Below are positions 1 to 10,243 of a DNA stretch of 64,000 nucleotides, piece by piece. The notes below the pieces were generated by a model. The model had not been told where the DNA came from. It worked only from the letters and a program-made list of their open reading frames with translations, and made no database searches. The position numbers and the translations under genes are program-made. This stretch comes from an uncultured cyanobacterium. Lineage in GTDB: Bacteria > Cyanobacteriota > Cyanobacteriia > PCC-9006 > JAAUQQ01. The stretch covers positions 3,347,973-3,411,972 of the forward strand of contig OY970368.1 in the NCBI GenBank assembly GCA_963718615.1, in the 5' to 3' direction. Position 1 is the first letter of the stretch; the number at the start of each line of letters is the position of its first letter.

Positions 1-3000
1 AATGAGCAATTTGTCGATCAATTTGTTTATGCGGCTTTCACTAATGTTGGTGAGCAGCAGGCTAGTGGTCAGATTAACGGGATTAATTTTACCTACACAA
101 CGACTCAGACTGTCCTCAACATTACAAACTCAATGTATAACCATGGGACTTTCCCATCTGAGTACGATGTTCCCAATGTAAATCCCACCATTCGCAATGA
201 CCAAGCCTCAACGAATCAATTGGTATTTGAGCAGCCAATGCTCAATCCAGTGCTGGTTTTTTCGTCGATTGGCAATCCTTTGACTCCTGTGCCAATTGAG
301 TTTGGAGCGCCAGTTGAAATTCTCTGGTCTCAAGATGTAACGATTAATAGCCCCACTAGTATCACAGGAGCAGAAGGGTTTGCGATCGTTCGATTTAACG
401 GCCTGTTTGATGTCATTGATTTTCAATATCTAGCAGACGAGACATATGTAAACTTTGCCTTTGGGGCTAGCTTTAAACAGGGGGAGGATACCGACGGTGA
501 TGGTATTCAGGATTATCTGGACCTCGACTCCGATAACGACGGTATTACCGACAATGTCGAGGCGCAAACGACAGCCGACTATATTGCGCCGACCGGCACC
601 GATAACGATGGTGACGGTCTCGATGATGCCTATGAGGGCGCGGGTAACCAGGGGCTGACTCCGGTCAACACCGACGGCACGGATGCCGTCGACTATCTGG
701 ACTCAGATTCTGATAACGACGGCATCAGCGATGCTGCCGAGCGTGGAACCGGTGGACCCACAACGAATGCAACGGGACTCTCCGACGCGACCACCGATGC
801 TGACGGCGATGGTCTGTTCGACGTTTTCGAAGGAGGTACGCCCAACGATGGCTTCGACGTCAACGGTGACAACCTGACGGGCACGACTTTTAATCTCGCC
901 GATACTGATAACGATGTCCTCTCTGATGGCAGCGATGCCATTGCCCGATCTAATGATCTCGACTATCGCGACAACAGCACCGAAGTTTCGATCACCGCTA
1001 ACGATGCTAACGCGGCTGAAGCCGCCGACAACGGTCAATTCACCGTCACCCTAAACCAGCCCTTCAGTAGCGACACCACCGTCAACTACAGCATTAGTGG
1101 AACGGCCAGCAATGGCACAGACTACACAACCCTGACCGGCTCGGTCATAATTCCTGCTGGTGCCACTTCCGCGCCCATCAATATCGCTGTTACGGATGAT
1201 CCCTTAGTGGAGCAGGATGAAACCGTCATCCTAACCCTTACCAGTGCCACCAACCCCAAGGGCACTGTGACGCTAGGAAGTGAAAATACTGCAACGGTCA
1301 ACATCACTGATACAGATACGGCTTTAGTGTCTATCAGTGCTACGGATGCGATCGCGGCAGAAGATATCAACAATGGGCAATTTACCGTTAGCCTCACGAA
1401 TCCCAGCGATGTTGATACCGTCATCAGCTACAGCATCGGGGGAGATGCAACCCCCGGCAGTGACTATACGCCCCTTACCGGAACGGTCACCATTCTGGCA
1501 GGTAATACCAGCGCCACCATCAACGTATCGGTTCTAGATGACAGCCTTAGTGAGCTCGATGAAGCCGTCACGGTTACCCTAATAGCCATAACCAGTGGGG
1601 ATAGCGATGTTTCCATTAACCTCGCCCAAAACGCTTCGACAGTAACGATTCTGGCGGATACCGATGGCGACAATGTTCCTGACATCATTGACCTAGACGA
1701 CGACAACGATGGCATCCTCGACACGGTTGAAGCTGCCACTGCTCCTGCGAATGGTGACACCGATGGAGATGGCATTCCGGATCGCCTCGACCTTGATTCT
1801 GACAACGACGGCATCAACGATGTCATCGAAGCGGGTCATGGCGTCACCGATACCGATGGCGATGGTATGCTCGATGGGCCTGTCGGTAGCGATGGGATTC
1901 CCGATGCCGTTCAATCTAGTCCGAATAGTGGCATCGTCAACTATGCTCTGGCGAATACCGATGGTGATGGTCAGCCTGACTTCCAAGACCTCGACTCCGA
2001 TAATGATAGTCTCTCCGACCTGATCGAAGGCGGCAGTGGCGGAGCCGATGCAAATAACGATGGCGTAGTGGATGGTCCCGATACCGATGGCGATGGCATC
2101 CAGGATTCAGTTGATGCAACACCTACGACCTATGGTGATGGAGCCAGTCCTGCACTGCCCGATGCCGATAGTGCAGCCAATCCCAATACCCCCGACTATA
2201 TCGATGTTGATAGCAACAACAACGGAATCAACGACATCGCTGAAGCGGGCAATGGCATTCTCGATCCCAATGGGGATGGGGCGATCGATAACATCACCGA
2301 CAATGACAAAGACGGCATTCCCGACGTCGTCGACGATTCCGATCTCGATGGAATTCCTGACGCCGTTGATGGCACACCCAATCCAGCTTTCGGGGGGCTG
2401 GGAGAGCCCGATAGCGATGGGGATGGCATTGCAAACGTTGATGACCTCGACGACGACAATGATGGAATTTTAGATGCGGTTGAAGAAGCAGGAAACGCCA
2501 TTCGCGACACCGATGGCGATGGAATTCTCGATCGCCTAGACCTAGACTCTGATAACGACGGCATCAACGATGTGCTCGAAGCGGGCCACGGAGCACCGGA
2601 TGCCAATGGCGACGGCATCCTCGATGGTCCCGTTGGAAGTGATGGTATTCCCGATTCAGTCCAGGCTTCACCCAATGATGGCACCGTGAACTACGGTTTA
2701 CCTGCCAACAGTGACAGCGACCCCATCCCCGACTTCCAAGACCTCGACTCTGACAACGACAGCCTCAGCGACCTCTACGAAGGCGGGAGCGGTGGCCCCG
2801 ATGCCAACAATGATGGCGTCGTTGACGGGATTGATAGTGACGGCGATGGCATTCTCGACGCAGTAGATGGTGTGCCTGCAACCTATGGGGATGCGGGAAG
2901 TCCTGCACTGCCCAACGCTGATAATGACCTAGTCCCGAACTACATTGACCCCGACAGCGATAGTGATGGGGTCAATGACATCGATGAAGCTAGCAATGGT

Positions 3001-6000
3001 AGTTTAGATGTCAATAACGATGGCGAGATAGATGACCTTGCTGATGCCGATGGGGATGGTGTTCCCGATGTCATTGATGACTCCGATTTAGATGGCACGC
3101 CTGATAAAACTGATACCACGCCCAATGCTGGCTTTGGTGGTCTGGGTCTTGTGGACACGGATGGCGATGGCGTTGCTGATATTGCAGACCTGGATGACGA
3201 CAACGATGGCATTCTGGATACTGTTGAAGAGGCAGGGAATCCGGATCGAGATACTGATGGCGATAGCATTCTAGATCGTTTGGATCTAGACGCCGATAAT
3301 GACGGCATCAATGACTTGATTGAAGCTGGACATGGTGCCATTGATGCCAATGGCGATGGCTTGGTGGATGGCAATGTCGGAGCCAATGGTTATGTGGATA
3401 TTCTAGAGACCACTCCCGATTCCGGCGAAGCGAATTTTGCACCTCGTAATAGCGACAACGATGCCAATCCCGATTTTCAAGATCTTGATGCTGATAATGA
3501 CAGCATTAGCGATCTGATTGAAGGCGGCAGCAATGGTGCAGACGCCAACAACGATGGCGTGGTGGATGGACCCGACACCGATGGAGATGGTATCCAAGAT
3601 AGTGTGGATGGCACACCCAATAGTTTTGGGGATAGCGGCAGTCCTGCGGTCCCCAATGATGATGCAGACACAACACCCAACTACATCGACCCAGACAGCA
3701 ACAATGATGGCACTCATGACATCCTCGAAACCGGCAACGGTGTTCTAGATGGCAATGGGGATGGGGTCATCGATAATGCCACAGATCTGGATGGAGACGG
3801 CATTGCTGATGTCATTGATGATTCTGACAACGATGGCACACCTGATGCAGTAGACACGACACCGAATGCAGCCTTTGGCGGTTTAGGGGGGCCTGCACCG
3901 GATGCAGATGGGGATGGCATTGCCAACGATGCAGATCTCGACGATGACAACGATGGCATTTTAGACAGCATTGAAGAAGCGGGAGACCCAACCAGGGATA
4001 CGGATGGAGATGGCATTCCGGATCGCCTCGACCTTGATTCTGACAACGATGGCATCAACGATGTCATCGAAGCGGGTCATGGCGTAACCGATACCGATGG
4101 CGATGGTATGCTCGATGGGCCTATCGGTAGCGATGGGATTCCCGATGCCGTTCAATCTAGTCCGAATAGTGGCATCGTCAACTATGCTCTGGCGAATACC
4201 GATGGTGATGGCCAGCCCGACTTCCAAGACCTTGATTCTGATAACGATAGCCTTAGTGACTTAGTTGAAGGCGGCAGCGGAGGTAATGATAGCGATGGCG
4301 ATGGCGTCGTCGATGGTCCCGATACCGACAAAGATGGAATTCAAGATTCCGTCGATGGTAACCCAGGTCTCTATGGGGATGGAGGAAATTTCGCACCGCA
4401 AAACAGCGATAGCGATCCAAATCCGGATTACATCGATATTGATAGTGACGGAAATGGCGTTGATGATATTGACCAGGCCGGAAGTACAATTCTCGACGGG
4501 AATAACGATGGCAGAATCGATGACATTACCGATAACGATAACGACGGCATTGCTGATGTTATTGACGATTCCGATCAAGATGGGATTCCTGATATTTCCG
4601 ATAGTGATCCCCAAAGCTTTGGCGGGCTAGGTAAGGCCGACACCGATGGCGATGGCATTCTCAACTCGGAGGATTTGGATGATGATAATGATGGGATTCT
4701 GGATACCGTTGAAGAAGCTGGAGATATCGATCGCGACACCGATGGCGATGGCATTCTAGACCGTTTGGATCTCGACAGCGATAACGACGGCATCAACGAT
4801 GTGCTCGAAGCGGGTCACGGAGCACCTGACGCCAATGGCGACGGCATCCTCGATGGTCCCGTTGGAAGCGATGGTATTCCCGATTCAGTGCAGGCTTCAC
4901 CCAATGATGGCACCGTGAACTACGGTTTACCTGCCAACAGTGACAGCGACCCCATCCCCGATTTCCAAGACCTCGACTCTGACAACGACAGCCTCAGCGA
5001 CCTCTACGAAGGCGGGAGCGGTGGCCCCGATGCCAACAATGATGGCGTCGTTGACGGGATTGATAGTGACGGCGATGGCATTCTCGACGCAGTAGATGGT
5101 GTGCCTGCAACCTATGGGGATGCGGGAAGTCCTGCGCTGCCCAACGCTGATAATGACCTAGCCCCGAACTACATTGACCCCGACAGCGATGGTGATGGGG
5201 TCAATGACATCGATGAAGCTAGCAATGGTGGTTTAGATGTCAATAACGATGGCGAGATTGATGACCTTGCTGATGCCGATGGAGATGGTGTTCCCGATGT
5301 CATTGATGACTCCGATTTAGATGGCACGCCTGATAAAACTGATACCACGCCCAATGCTGGCTTTGGTGGTCTGGGTCTTGTGGACACGGATGGTGATGGC
5401 GTTGCTGATATTGCAGACCTGGATGACGACAACGATGGCATTCTGGATACTGTTGAAGAGGCAGGGAATCCGGATCGAGATACCGATGGCGATGGCATTC
5501 TAGATCGTTTGGATCTAGACGCCGATAACGACGGCATCAATGACTTGATTGAAGCTGGACATGGTGCCATCGATGCTAATGGCGATGGCTTGGTGGATGG
5601 CAATGTCGGAGCCAATGGTTATGTGGATATTCTAGAGACCACTCCCGATTCCGGCGAAGCGAATTTTGCACCTCGTAATAGCGACAACGATGCCAATCCC
5701 GATTTTCAAGATCTTGATGCTGATAATGACAGCATTAGCGATCTGATTGAAGGCGGCAGCAATGGTGCAGATGCCAACAACGATGGCGTGGTGGATGGGC
5801 CCGACACCGATGGAGATGGTATCCAAGATAGTGTGGATGGTACACCCAATAGTTTTGGGGATAGCGGCAGTCCTGCGGTCCCCAATGATGATGCAGACAC
5901 AACACCCAACTACATCGACCCAGACAGCAACAATGATGGCACTCATGACATCCTCGAAACCGGCAACGGTGTTTTAGATGGCAATGGGGATGGAGTCATC

Positions 6001-8328
6001 GATAATGCCACAGATCTGGATGGAGACGGCATCGCCGATGTCATTGACGATTCTGACAACGATGGCACACCTGATGCAGTAGACACGACACCGAATGCAG
6101 CCTTTGGCGGTTTAGGGGGGCCTGCACCGGATGCAGATGGGGATGGCATTGCCAACGATGCAGATCTCGACGATGACAACGATGGCATTTTAGACAGCAT
6201 TGAAGAAGCGGGAGACCCAACCAGGGATACGGATGGAGATGGCATTCCGGATCGCCTCGACCTTGATTCTGACAACGACGGCATCAACGATGTCATCGAA
6301 GCGGGTCATGGCGTCACCGATACCGATGGCGATGGTATGCTCGATGGCCCAGTGGGGGCCAATGGCGTGGATGATGCTGTTGAATCCTCACCGGATAGTG
6401 GGATTGTGGATGCTCCTGTCAACAGCGACAGTGATGCTCAGCCAGATTTCCAGGATTTGGATGCGGATAACGATGGTCTCTCTGATTTCCTCGAAGGAGG
6501 TGCGCTGTTCAATGGCGGATTTGATGCTGACGATAATGGCGTAATTGATGGACCAGATACAGACAAGGATGGTATTCCTGATTCGGTTGATGGCACACCC
6601 AATGCCTATGGAGATAGCGGCAGTCCGGCATTGCCCGATGGCGATAGTGCTACGGATCCAGATTCGCCGGATTATCGCGATCGCACCAACAACGAAAATG
6701 GCCTCAATGACATCAATCCCGATCTAGATCTCAACAACGACGGTGAAATCGACGATGTCACCGATAACGATAACGATGGCATTGCCGACATCATTGATGA
6801 CTCTGACAGCGATGGTATGGTCGATGCAAACCCCGCAGAAACCGATCCTCAAAGCTTTGGCGGTCTGCCCGCAACGGACACGGATGGGGATGGCGTGCCT
6901 GACAGCCGTGACCTAGACGATGACAACGATGGCATTCTTGACAGCGATGAAGGCAACGGCAAGATTGATACCGATGGCGACGGAATTGTTGATTCCCGCG
7001 ACCTAGATACGGATAACGACGGTATCCTTGATGTGGAAGAAGCGGGCCATAGTCAAGCCGATATCGATGGAGATGGACGGGTTGATGGTCCTGTCGGTAA
7101 TAACGGACTGCCAGATACCGTTGAATCGACTCCCGACAGTGGCATTCCTAGCTATACGGTGTTGGATACCGATGGGGATGGCATTGAGGACTTCAAAGAC
7201 CTCGATTCCGACAACGACGGTATCAATGATGTGATTGAAGGGGGTGGCCAAGACCCCGATGGAGACGGGACGATCCACGGCGGTGGTCCGATTGTGGATG
7301 TGGACCGAGATGGCATTTTGGATGTCATTGATCCGTCCCAAGGGGGAAGTCCTGTTCCTGTGCTGGATACGGATGGCGATGGCATCGAAAATTATCGGGA
7401 TTTAGATTCTGACAATGATGGCGTCAAAGATATTGTCGAAGGTGGAAATGCGGCTGCCGATGCTGATGGGGATGGTCGCATTGACGGGCCAGATGCCGAT
7501 GGGGATGGCATTCCTGATCGGGTCGATCCGTCCCTCGGCTTTGGCGACTCGGGCGATGGCACTGCACCGGATAGCAATGGTGATGGTATTCCCGATTTCC
7601 TCCAACCCGGCAGCAACACGGGCTCCGGCAGCCAAGGCACTGGCGGTAGCGATGTGATTAATGGCGGTGCTGGGGGCGATATTATCAATGGTCTCAGCGA
7701 CGACGACGTTTTGGACGGTGGTGCAGGCGATGATGTGATCAATGGCGGCAGCGACCAAGATACGACTGTTGGGGGAAGCGGCAACGATATTGTTAACGGC
7801 GGTAGCGATGGTGACCAAGTCAATGGCGGCGATGGCAATGACATCGCGAACGGCGGCAGTGGTAATGACCTCATTGCTGGGGATGACGGTGACGATATCA
7901 TGAACGGCGGTAGCGGTCTGGATACACTCTATGGTGGTCTCGGGAATGACATCCTCAATGGCGGCAGTGGAGATGACCTGATCTATGGCGGTGCAGGCAG
8001 TGACATTATTCGTGGCTCTACGGGCAATGACATGCTGGTAGGCGGCGATGGTTCCGATCTGTTGTTTGGTGGTCAAGGAGATGATCGCTTTGTCTACGAA
8101 TCCCTGAGCGAATTCGGCGATACGATTCTTGATTTTGAGATTGTGCGCGATCGCATCGATCTCCAAGGCATTTTCAACGGTAATGCGGCCCTAGGTAGCA
8201 ATGTGCAAGCGCAACAGCTCGGTCTGCATTCGCTGATTCTTGCCAATACAGGCTCCGGTATGCAACAGGTTGCCATGCTGCTCAATGTTAATGCCAGTAC
8301 CTTAGATAGCAGCAACTTTATCTTCTAA
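1..8328 (+). CDS. Giant secreted calcium-binding repeat protein (5' partial; thrombospondin-type-3-like Asp-rich repeats, two Calx-beta domains, 7 tandem ~247-aa units, C-terminal RTX nonapeptide block)
   Basis: Frame is open from nt 1, so the gene continues upstream of the window (ORF track starts at an internal Met, 133). Dense DxDxDGxxD motifs; Calx-beta-like segments (e.g. 'NYSISGTASNGTDYTTLTGSVIIPAGATS...DDPLVEQDETVILTLTS'); GGxGxDxxx repeats at about nt 7650-8090; C-terminal region typical of type I secretion substrates. Confidence 0.85.
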   Translation, partial: NEQFVDQFVYAAFTNVGEQQASGQINGINFTYTTTQTVLNITNSMYNHGTFPSEYDVPNVNPTIRNDQASTNQLVFEQPMLNPVLVFSSIGNPLTPVPIEFGAPVEILWSQDVTINSPTSITGAEGFAIVRFNGLFDVIDFQYLADETYVNFAFGASFKQGEDTDGDGIQDYLDLDSDNDGITDNVEAQTTADYIAPTGTDNDGDGLDDAYEGAGNQGLTPVNTDGTDAVDYLDSDSDNDGISDAAERGTGGPTTNATGLSDATTDADGDGLFDVFEGGTPNDGFDVNGDNLTGTTFNLADTDNDVLSDGSDAIARSNDLDYRDNSTEVSITANDANAAEAADNGQFTVTLNQPFSSDTTVNYSISGTASNGTDYTTLTGSVIIPAGATSAPINIAVTDDPLVEQDETVILTLTSATNPKGTVTLGSENTATVNITDTDTALVSISATDAIAAEDINNGQFTVSLTNPSDVDTVISYSIGGDATPGSDYTPLTGTVTILAGNTSATINVSVLDDSLSELDEAVTVTLIAITSGDSDVSINLAQNASTVTILADTDGDNVPDIIDLDDDNDGILDTVEAATAPANGDTDGDGIPDRLDLDSDNDGINDVIEAGHGVTDTDGDGMLDGPVGSDGIPDAVQSSPNSGIVNYALANTDGDGQPDFQDLDSDNDSLSDLIEGGSGGADANNDGVVDGPDTDGDGIQDSVDATPTTYGDGASPALPDADSAANPNTPDYIDVDSNNNGINDIAEAGNGILDPNGDGAIDNITDNDKDGIPDVVDDSDLDGIPDAVDGTPNPAFGGLGEPDSDGDGIANVDDLDDDNDGILDAVEEAGNAIRDTDGDGILDRLDLDSDNDGINDVLEAGHGAPDANGDGILDGPVGSDGIPDSVQASPNDGTVNYGLPANSDSDPIPDFQDLDSDNDSLSDLYEGGSGGPDANNDGVVDGIDSDGDGILDAVDGVPATYGDAGSPALPNADNDLVPNYIDPDSDSDGVNDIDEASNGSLDVNNDGEIDDLADADGDGVPDVIDDSDLDGTPDKTDTTPNAGFGGLGLVDTDGDGVADIADLDDDNDGILDTVEEAGNPDRDTDGDSILDRLDLDADNDGINDLIEAGHGAIDANGDGLVDGNVGANGYVDILETTPDSGEANFAPRNSDNDANPDFQDLDADNDSISDLIEGGSNGADANNDGVVDGPDTDGDGIQDSVDGTPNSFGDSGSPAVPNDDADTTPNYIDPDSNNDGTHDILETGNGVLDGNGDGVIDNATDLDGDGIADVIDDSDNDGTPDAVDTTPNAAFGGLGGPAPDADGDGIANDADLDDDNDGILDSIEEAGDPTRDTDGDGIPDRLDLDSDNDGINDVIEAGHGVTDTDGDGMLDGPIGSDGIPDAVQSSPNSGIVNYALANTDGDGQPDFQDLDSDNDSLSDLVEGGSGGNDSDGDGVVDGPDTDKDGIQDSVDGNPGLYGDGGNFAPQNSDSDPNPDYIDIDSDGNGVDDIDQAGSTILDGNNDGRIDDITDNDNDGIADVIDDSDQDGIPDISDSDPQSFGGLGKADTDGDGILNSEDLDDDNDGILDTVEEAGDIDRDTDGDGILDRLDLDSDNDGINDVLEAGHGAPDANGDGILDGPVGSDGIPDSVQASPNDGTVNYGLPANSDSDPIPDFQDLDSDNDSLSDLYEGGSGGPDANNDGVVDGIDSDGDGILDAVDGVPATYGDAGSPALPNADNDLAPNYIDPDSDGDGVNDIDEASNGGLDVNNDGEIDDLADADGDGVPDVIDDSDLDGTPDKTDTTPNAGFGGLGLVDTDGDGVADIADLDDDNDGILDTVEEAGNPDRDTDGDGILDRLDLDADNDGINDLIEAGHGAIDANGDGLVDGNVGANGYVDILETTPDSGEANFAPRNSDNDANPDFQDLDADNDSISDLIEGGSNGADANNDGVVDGPDTDGDGIQDSVDGTPNSFGDSGSPAVPNDDADTTPNYIDPDSNNDGTHDILETGNGVLDGNGDGVIDNATDLDGDGIADVIDDSDNDGTPDAVDTTPNAAFGGLGGPAPDADGDGIANDADLDDDNDGILDSIEEAGDPTRDTDGDGIPDRLDLDSDNDGINDVIEAGHGVTDTDGDGMLDGPVGANGVDDAVESSPDSGIVDAPVNSDSDAQPDFQDLDADNDGLSDFLEGGALFNGGFDADDNGVIDGPDTDKDGIPDSVDGTPNAYGDSGSPALPDGDSATDPDSPDYRDRTNNENGLNDINPDLDLNNDGEIDDVTDNDNDGIADIIDDSDSDGMVDANPAETDPQSFGGLPATDTDGDGVPDSRDLDDDNDGILDSDEGNGKIDTDGDGIVDSRDLDTDNDGILDVEEAGHSQADIDGDGRVDGPVGNNGLPDTVESTPDSGIPSYTVLDTDGDGIEDFKDLDSDNDGINDVIEGGGQDPDGDGTIHGGGPIVDVDRDGILDVIDPSQGGSPVPVLDTDGDGIENYRDLDSDNDGVKDIVEGGNAAADADGDGRIDGPDADGDGIPDRVDPSLGFGDSGDGTAPDSNGDGIPDFLQPGSNTGSGSQGTGGSDVINGGAGGDIINGLSDDDVLDGGAGDDVINGGSDQDTTVGGSGNDIVNGGSDGDQVNGGDGNDIANGGSGNDLIAGDDGDDIMNGGSGLDTLYGGLGNDILNGGSGDDLIYGGAGSDIIRGSTGNDMLVGGDGSDLLFGGQGDDRFVYESLSEFGDTILDFEIVRDRIDLQGIFNGNAALGSNVQAQQLGLHSLILANTGSGMQQVAMLLNVNASTLDSSNFIF
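1690..6909 (+). repeat. Intragenic tandem array: 7 units of 738-753 bp (types A-C-B-A-C-B-A), each starting with 'DLDDDNDGILD'; higher-order period 2229 bp
   Basis: Unit starts read at 1690, 2443, 3187, 3934, 4672, 5416, 6163, next at 6910. Units 2-3 and the first part of unit 4 (about 2500-4125) are near-identical at DNA level to units 5-6 and the first part of unit 7 (about 4730-6355). Antisense ORF-track entries 2940..3386 and 5169..5615 are near-duplicates exactly 2229 bp apart. Confidence 0.9.
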
Positions 8329-8378
8329 GGTGTTGAGCTTGCTTCTCCTCCTGGAGAAAAGGGTGGATGCTTAAAAGT

Positions 8379-8411
8379 CTAGATTGGGTTAATTGACGAA
8401 ACCCAATCTAG
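8379..8411 (+). terminator. Stem-loop downstream of the giant gene (11-bp perfect stem ctagattgggt / acccaatctag, 11-nt loop); no clear U-tract
   Basis: Inverted repeat read directly in the sequence about 50 nt after the stop at 8328. Confidence 0.35.
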
Positions 8412-8505
8412 GCTGAAAAGAGGTTTCGAAAGAAGGTTAAAAATGAGTTTCAGTGGGGCATTCTAGCAACTTTTAAATTTTGAATTGAAAAGGCAGAGTT
8501 TTTCC

Positions 8506-10242
8506 ATGGCTGAGCTGACCCCGGTAGAGTTGGGTAACCCTGTTTCCTTGCTCAACGAGAGTGATTATGCTGCGCTTCAGGCGTTGTATATTAACACGGA
8601 TGGTGAGCAGTGGAAAAATAATCAAGGTTGGCAAGATTGGGATTTTTTAAGCCCAACACCACCCGAACTGTCGGTCATGAATGGCTGGTTTGGAGTCAGT
8701 TTGAGTGGCGATCGCATCACCACTCTCTCCCTCGGCAGCAATCGACTGAAGGGCAACTTACCAACGGCCTTAGGCCAACTCTCCGACCTCAAAACGCTCT
8801 ATCTTTATGGTAATCAGTTAACCGGTGTTATCCCGGAATCCCTGGGAAATTTGAGCCAGCTTAATCACCTAGCATTGAGTGGTAATCAACTGGATGGAGC
8901 ATTGCCTTCAAACCTGGGAAATCTTGCTAATTTACAATATCTTTATCTGAACAACAATCGTTTACAAGGGGTGCTACCGACAGAATTTGCCGATCTGGAA
9001 GAGCTGATTTACCTCTCTCTTGCAGACAACCAATTCAGGGGTGAAATCCCGGAGACTTGGGGCAGTTGGCCCAACCTTAAAACCTTGCAATTGGCCAATA
9101 ACCAACTGAGCGGAACGGTTCCCCCAGCGCTAATAGATGCAATTCATCAAGGGAGCGGTTCTTACAATCTCAATAACCCGATCGCGGTGACCGGTTTGCC
9201 AGCGACCATTGCCCTCATGGAAGCGATTGAACCCACTGCGATCGCCTTGACGTTCAGCGATCTCGATGCTCTGGGCAGTGACGATCTGGAGACTTTGGCC
9301 CTCACCGCAACGGTCGATCATCCCGATCTCGTGACCCTCGAACTCACTGGAACCGGGGCCGATCGAACCCTCAACCTCATGCCCCAACCCAATCGAGCTG
9401 GAACCACAACGCTGCGGCTAACCGCCCAAGATGACAGTGGCGAACAAACGACGGTGGCGATCGCCCTCACACTCCAGGACCAACCGGAAACCGGAAGTTT
9501 TAGCGCTGTTAGGGATTTGTTGTGGCGCAATCCCACCACAGGCGAAAATCTCCTTTGGCGGATGGCCGGACTCGATCGAGTTGAAACAATTGCGCTCACG
9601 GCAGGATTGGATGCTAACTGGGAATGGGTCGGCCTCGGCCAATTTAATGGGGATGATCAGACGGATTTGGTCGGGCGAAATGCTCAAACGGGCGAGACCC
9701 AACTGTGGCTGATGAATGGCAATGCCTTGGCCGAAACGGTGACTTGGACTGCGAACCAAAACGAAGGACAGTTGGTAGGATTAGGTGATTTTGATGGCGA
9801 TGCTCAAACCGATTTGATTTGGCGAAATTCCCAAACAGGGCAAAATTATATTTGGTATTTGAACGGTAATGCGCTGCGTCAGCGTCAGCCATTGATGGCG
9901 ATCGCCGACTCCCATTGGCAGATCGTCGGCACAGGACAATTTAATCAGGATGCCTACAGCGATCTAATTTGGCGCAATCTTAAAACAGGGCAAACTTTGC
10001 TTTGGCTCATGCAAGCCGGAAGCCCCATGGCGGCCTTACCGCTCCCATCCGTATCCAATCTAGACTGGCAACTGGTGGGGACCCGAGATTTAAATCAAGA
10101 TGGTGGATCAGACCTACTCTGGCAAAATGCCCAGACCGGGGCCGCAGTGGCTTGGTTGATGCAGAGCGGTCAGCGGCTGTCGGCCCATCACTTGAACCCT
10201 GCGGGAGATTTGGGAGCATCGGCCCATTGGAGTTTGAGTTAA
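8506..10242 (+). CDS. Leucine-rich repeat protein fused to FG-GAP/VCBS-like beta-propeller repeats
   Basis: N-terminal half has about 7 LRRs of the LxxLxxLxLxxNxLxGxIP type ('LSDLKTLYLYGNQLTGVIPESLGNLSQL...'); C-terminal half has repeated 'GxFxGDxQTDLIWRNxxTGQ' motifs. ATG at 8506; ORF track begins at an in-frame TTG at 8485. Confidence 0.75.
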   Translation: MAELTPVELGNPVSLLNESDYAALQALYINTDGEQWKNNQGWQDWDFLSPTPPELSVMNGWFGVSLSGDRITTLSLGSNRLKGNLPTALGQLSDLKTLYLYGNQLTGVIPESLGNLSQLNHLALSGNQLDGALPSNLGNLANLQYLYLNNNRLQGVLPTEFADLEELIYLSLADNQFRGEIPETWGSWPNLKTLQLANNQLSGTVPPALIDAIHQGSGSYNLNNPIAVTGLPATIALMEAIEPTAIALTFSDLDALGSDDLETLALTATVDHPDLVTLELTGTGADRTLNLMPQPNRAGTTTLRLTAQDDSGEQTTVAIALTLQDQPETGSFSAVRDLLWRNPTTGENLLWRMAGLDRVETIALTAGLDANWEWVGLGQFNGDDQTDLVGRNAQTGETQLWLMNGNALAETVTWTANQNEGQLVGLGDFDGDAQTDLIWRNSQTGQNYIWYLNGNALRQRQPLMAIADSHWQIVGTGQFNQDAYSDLIWRNLKTGQTLLWLMQAGSPMAALPLPSVSNLDWQLVGTRDLNQDGGSDLLWQNAQTGAAVAWLMQSGQRLSAHHLNPAGDLGASAHWSLS

Positions 10243-10243
10243 C

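Noticed and set aside
1690-6909. Possible CRISPR array because of regular direct repeats
   Set aside because: Repeat units are about 740 bp, lie in-frame within a protein-coding gene and are not separated by unique spacers; no cas genes are present.
693-8315. Dozens of 60-250-aa ORFs on both strands inside the giant gene (for example 2196..2684, 2940..3386, 5169..5615, 7402..8166)
   Set aside because: They are frame shadows of the Asp/Gly-rich repetitive coding sequence, with Ser/Pro-rich low-complexity translations that mirror the sense-strand repeats; the single long + frame explains the region.
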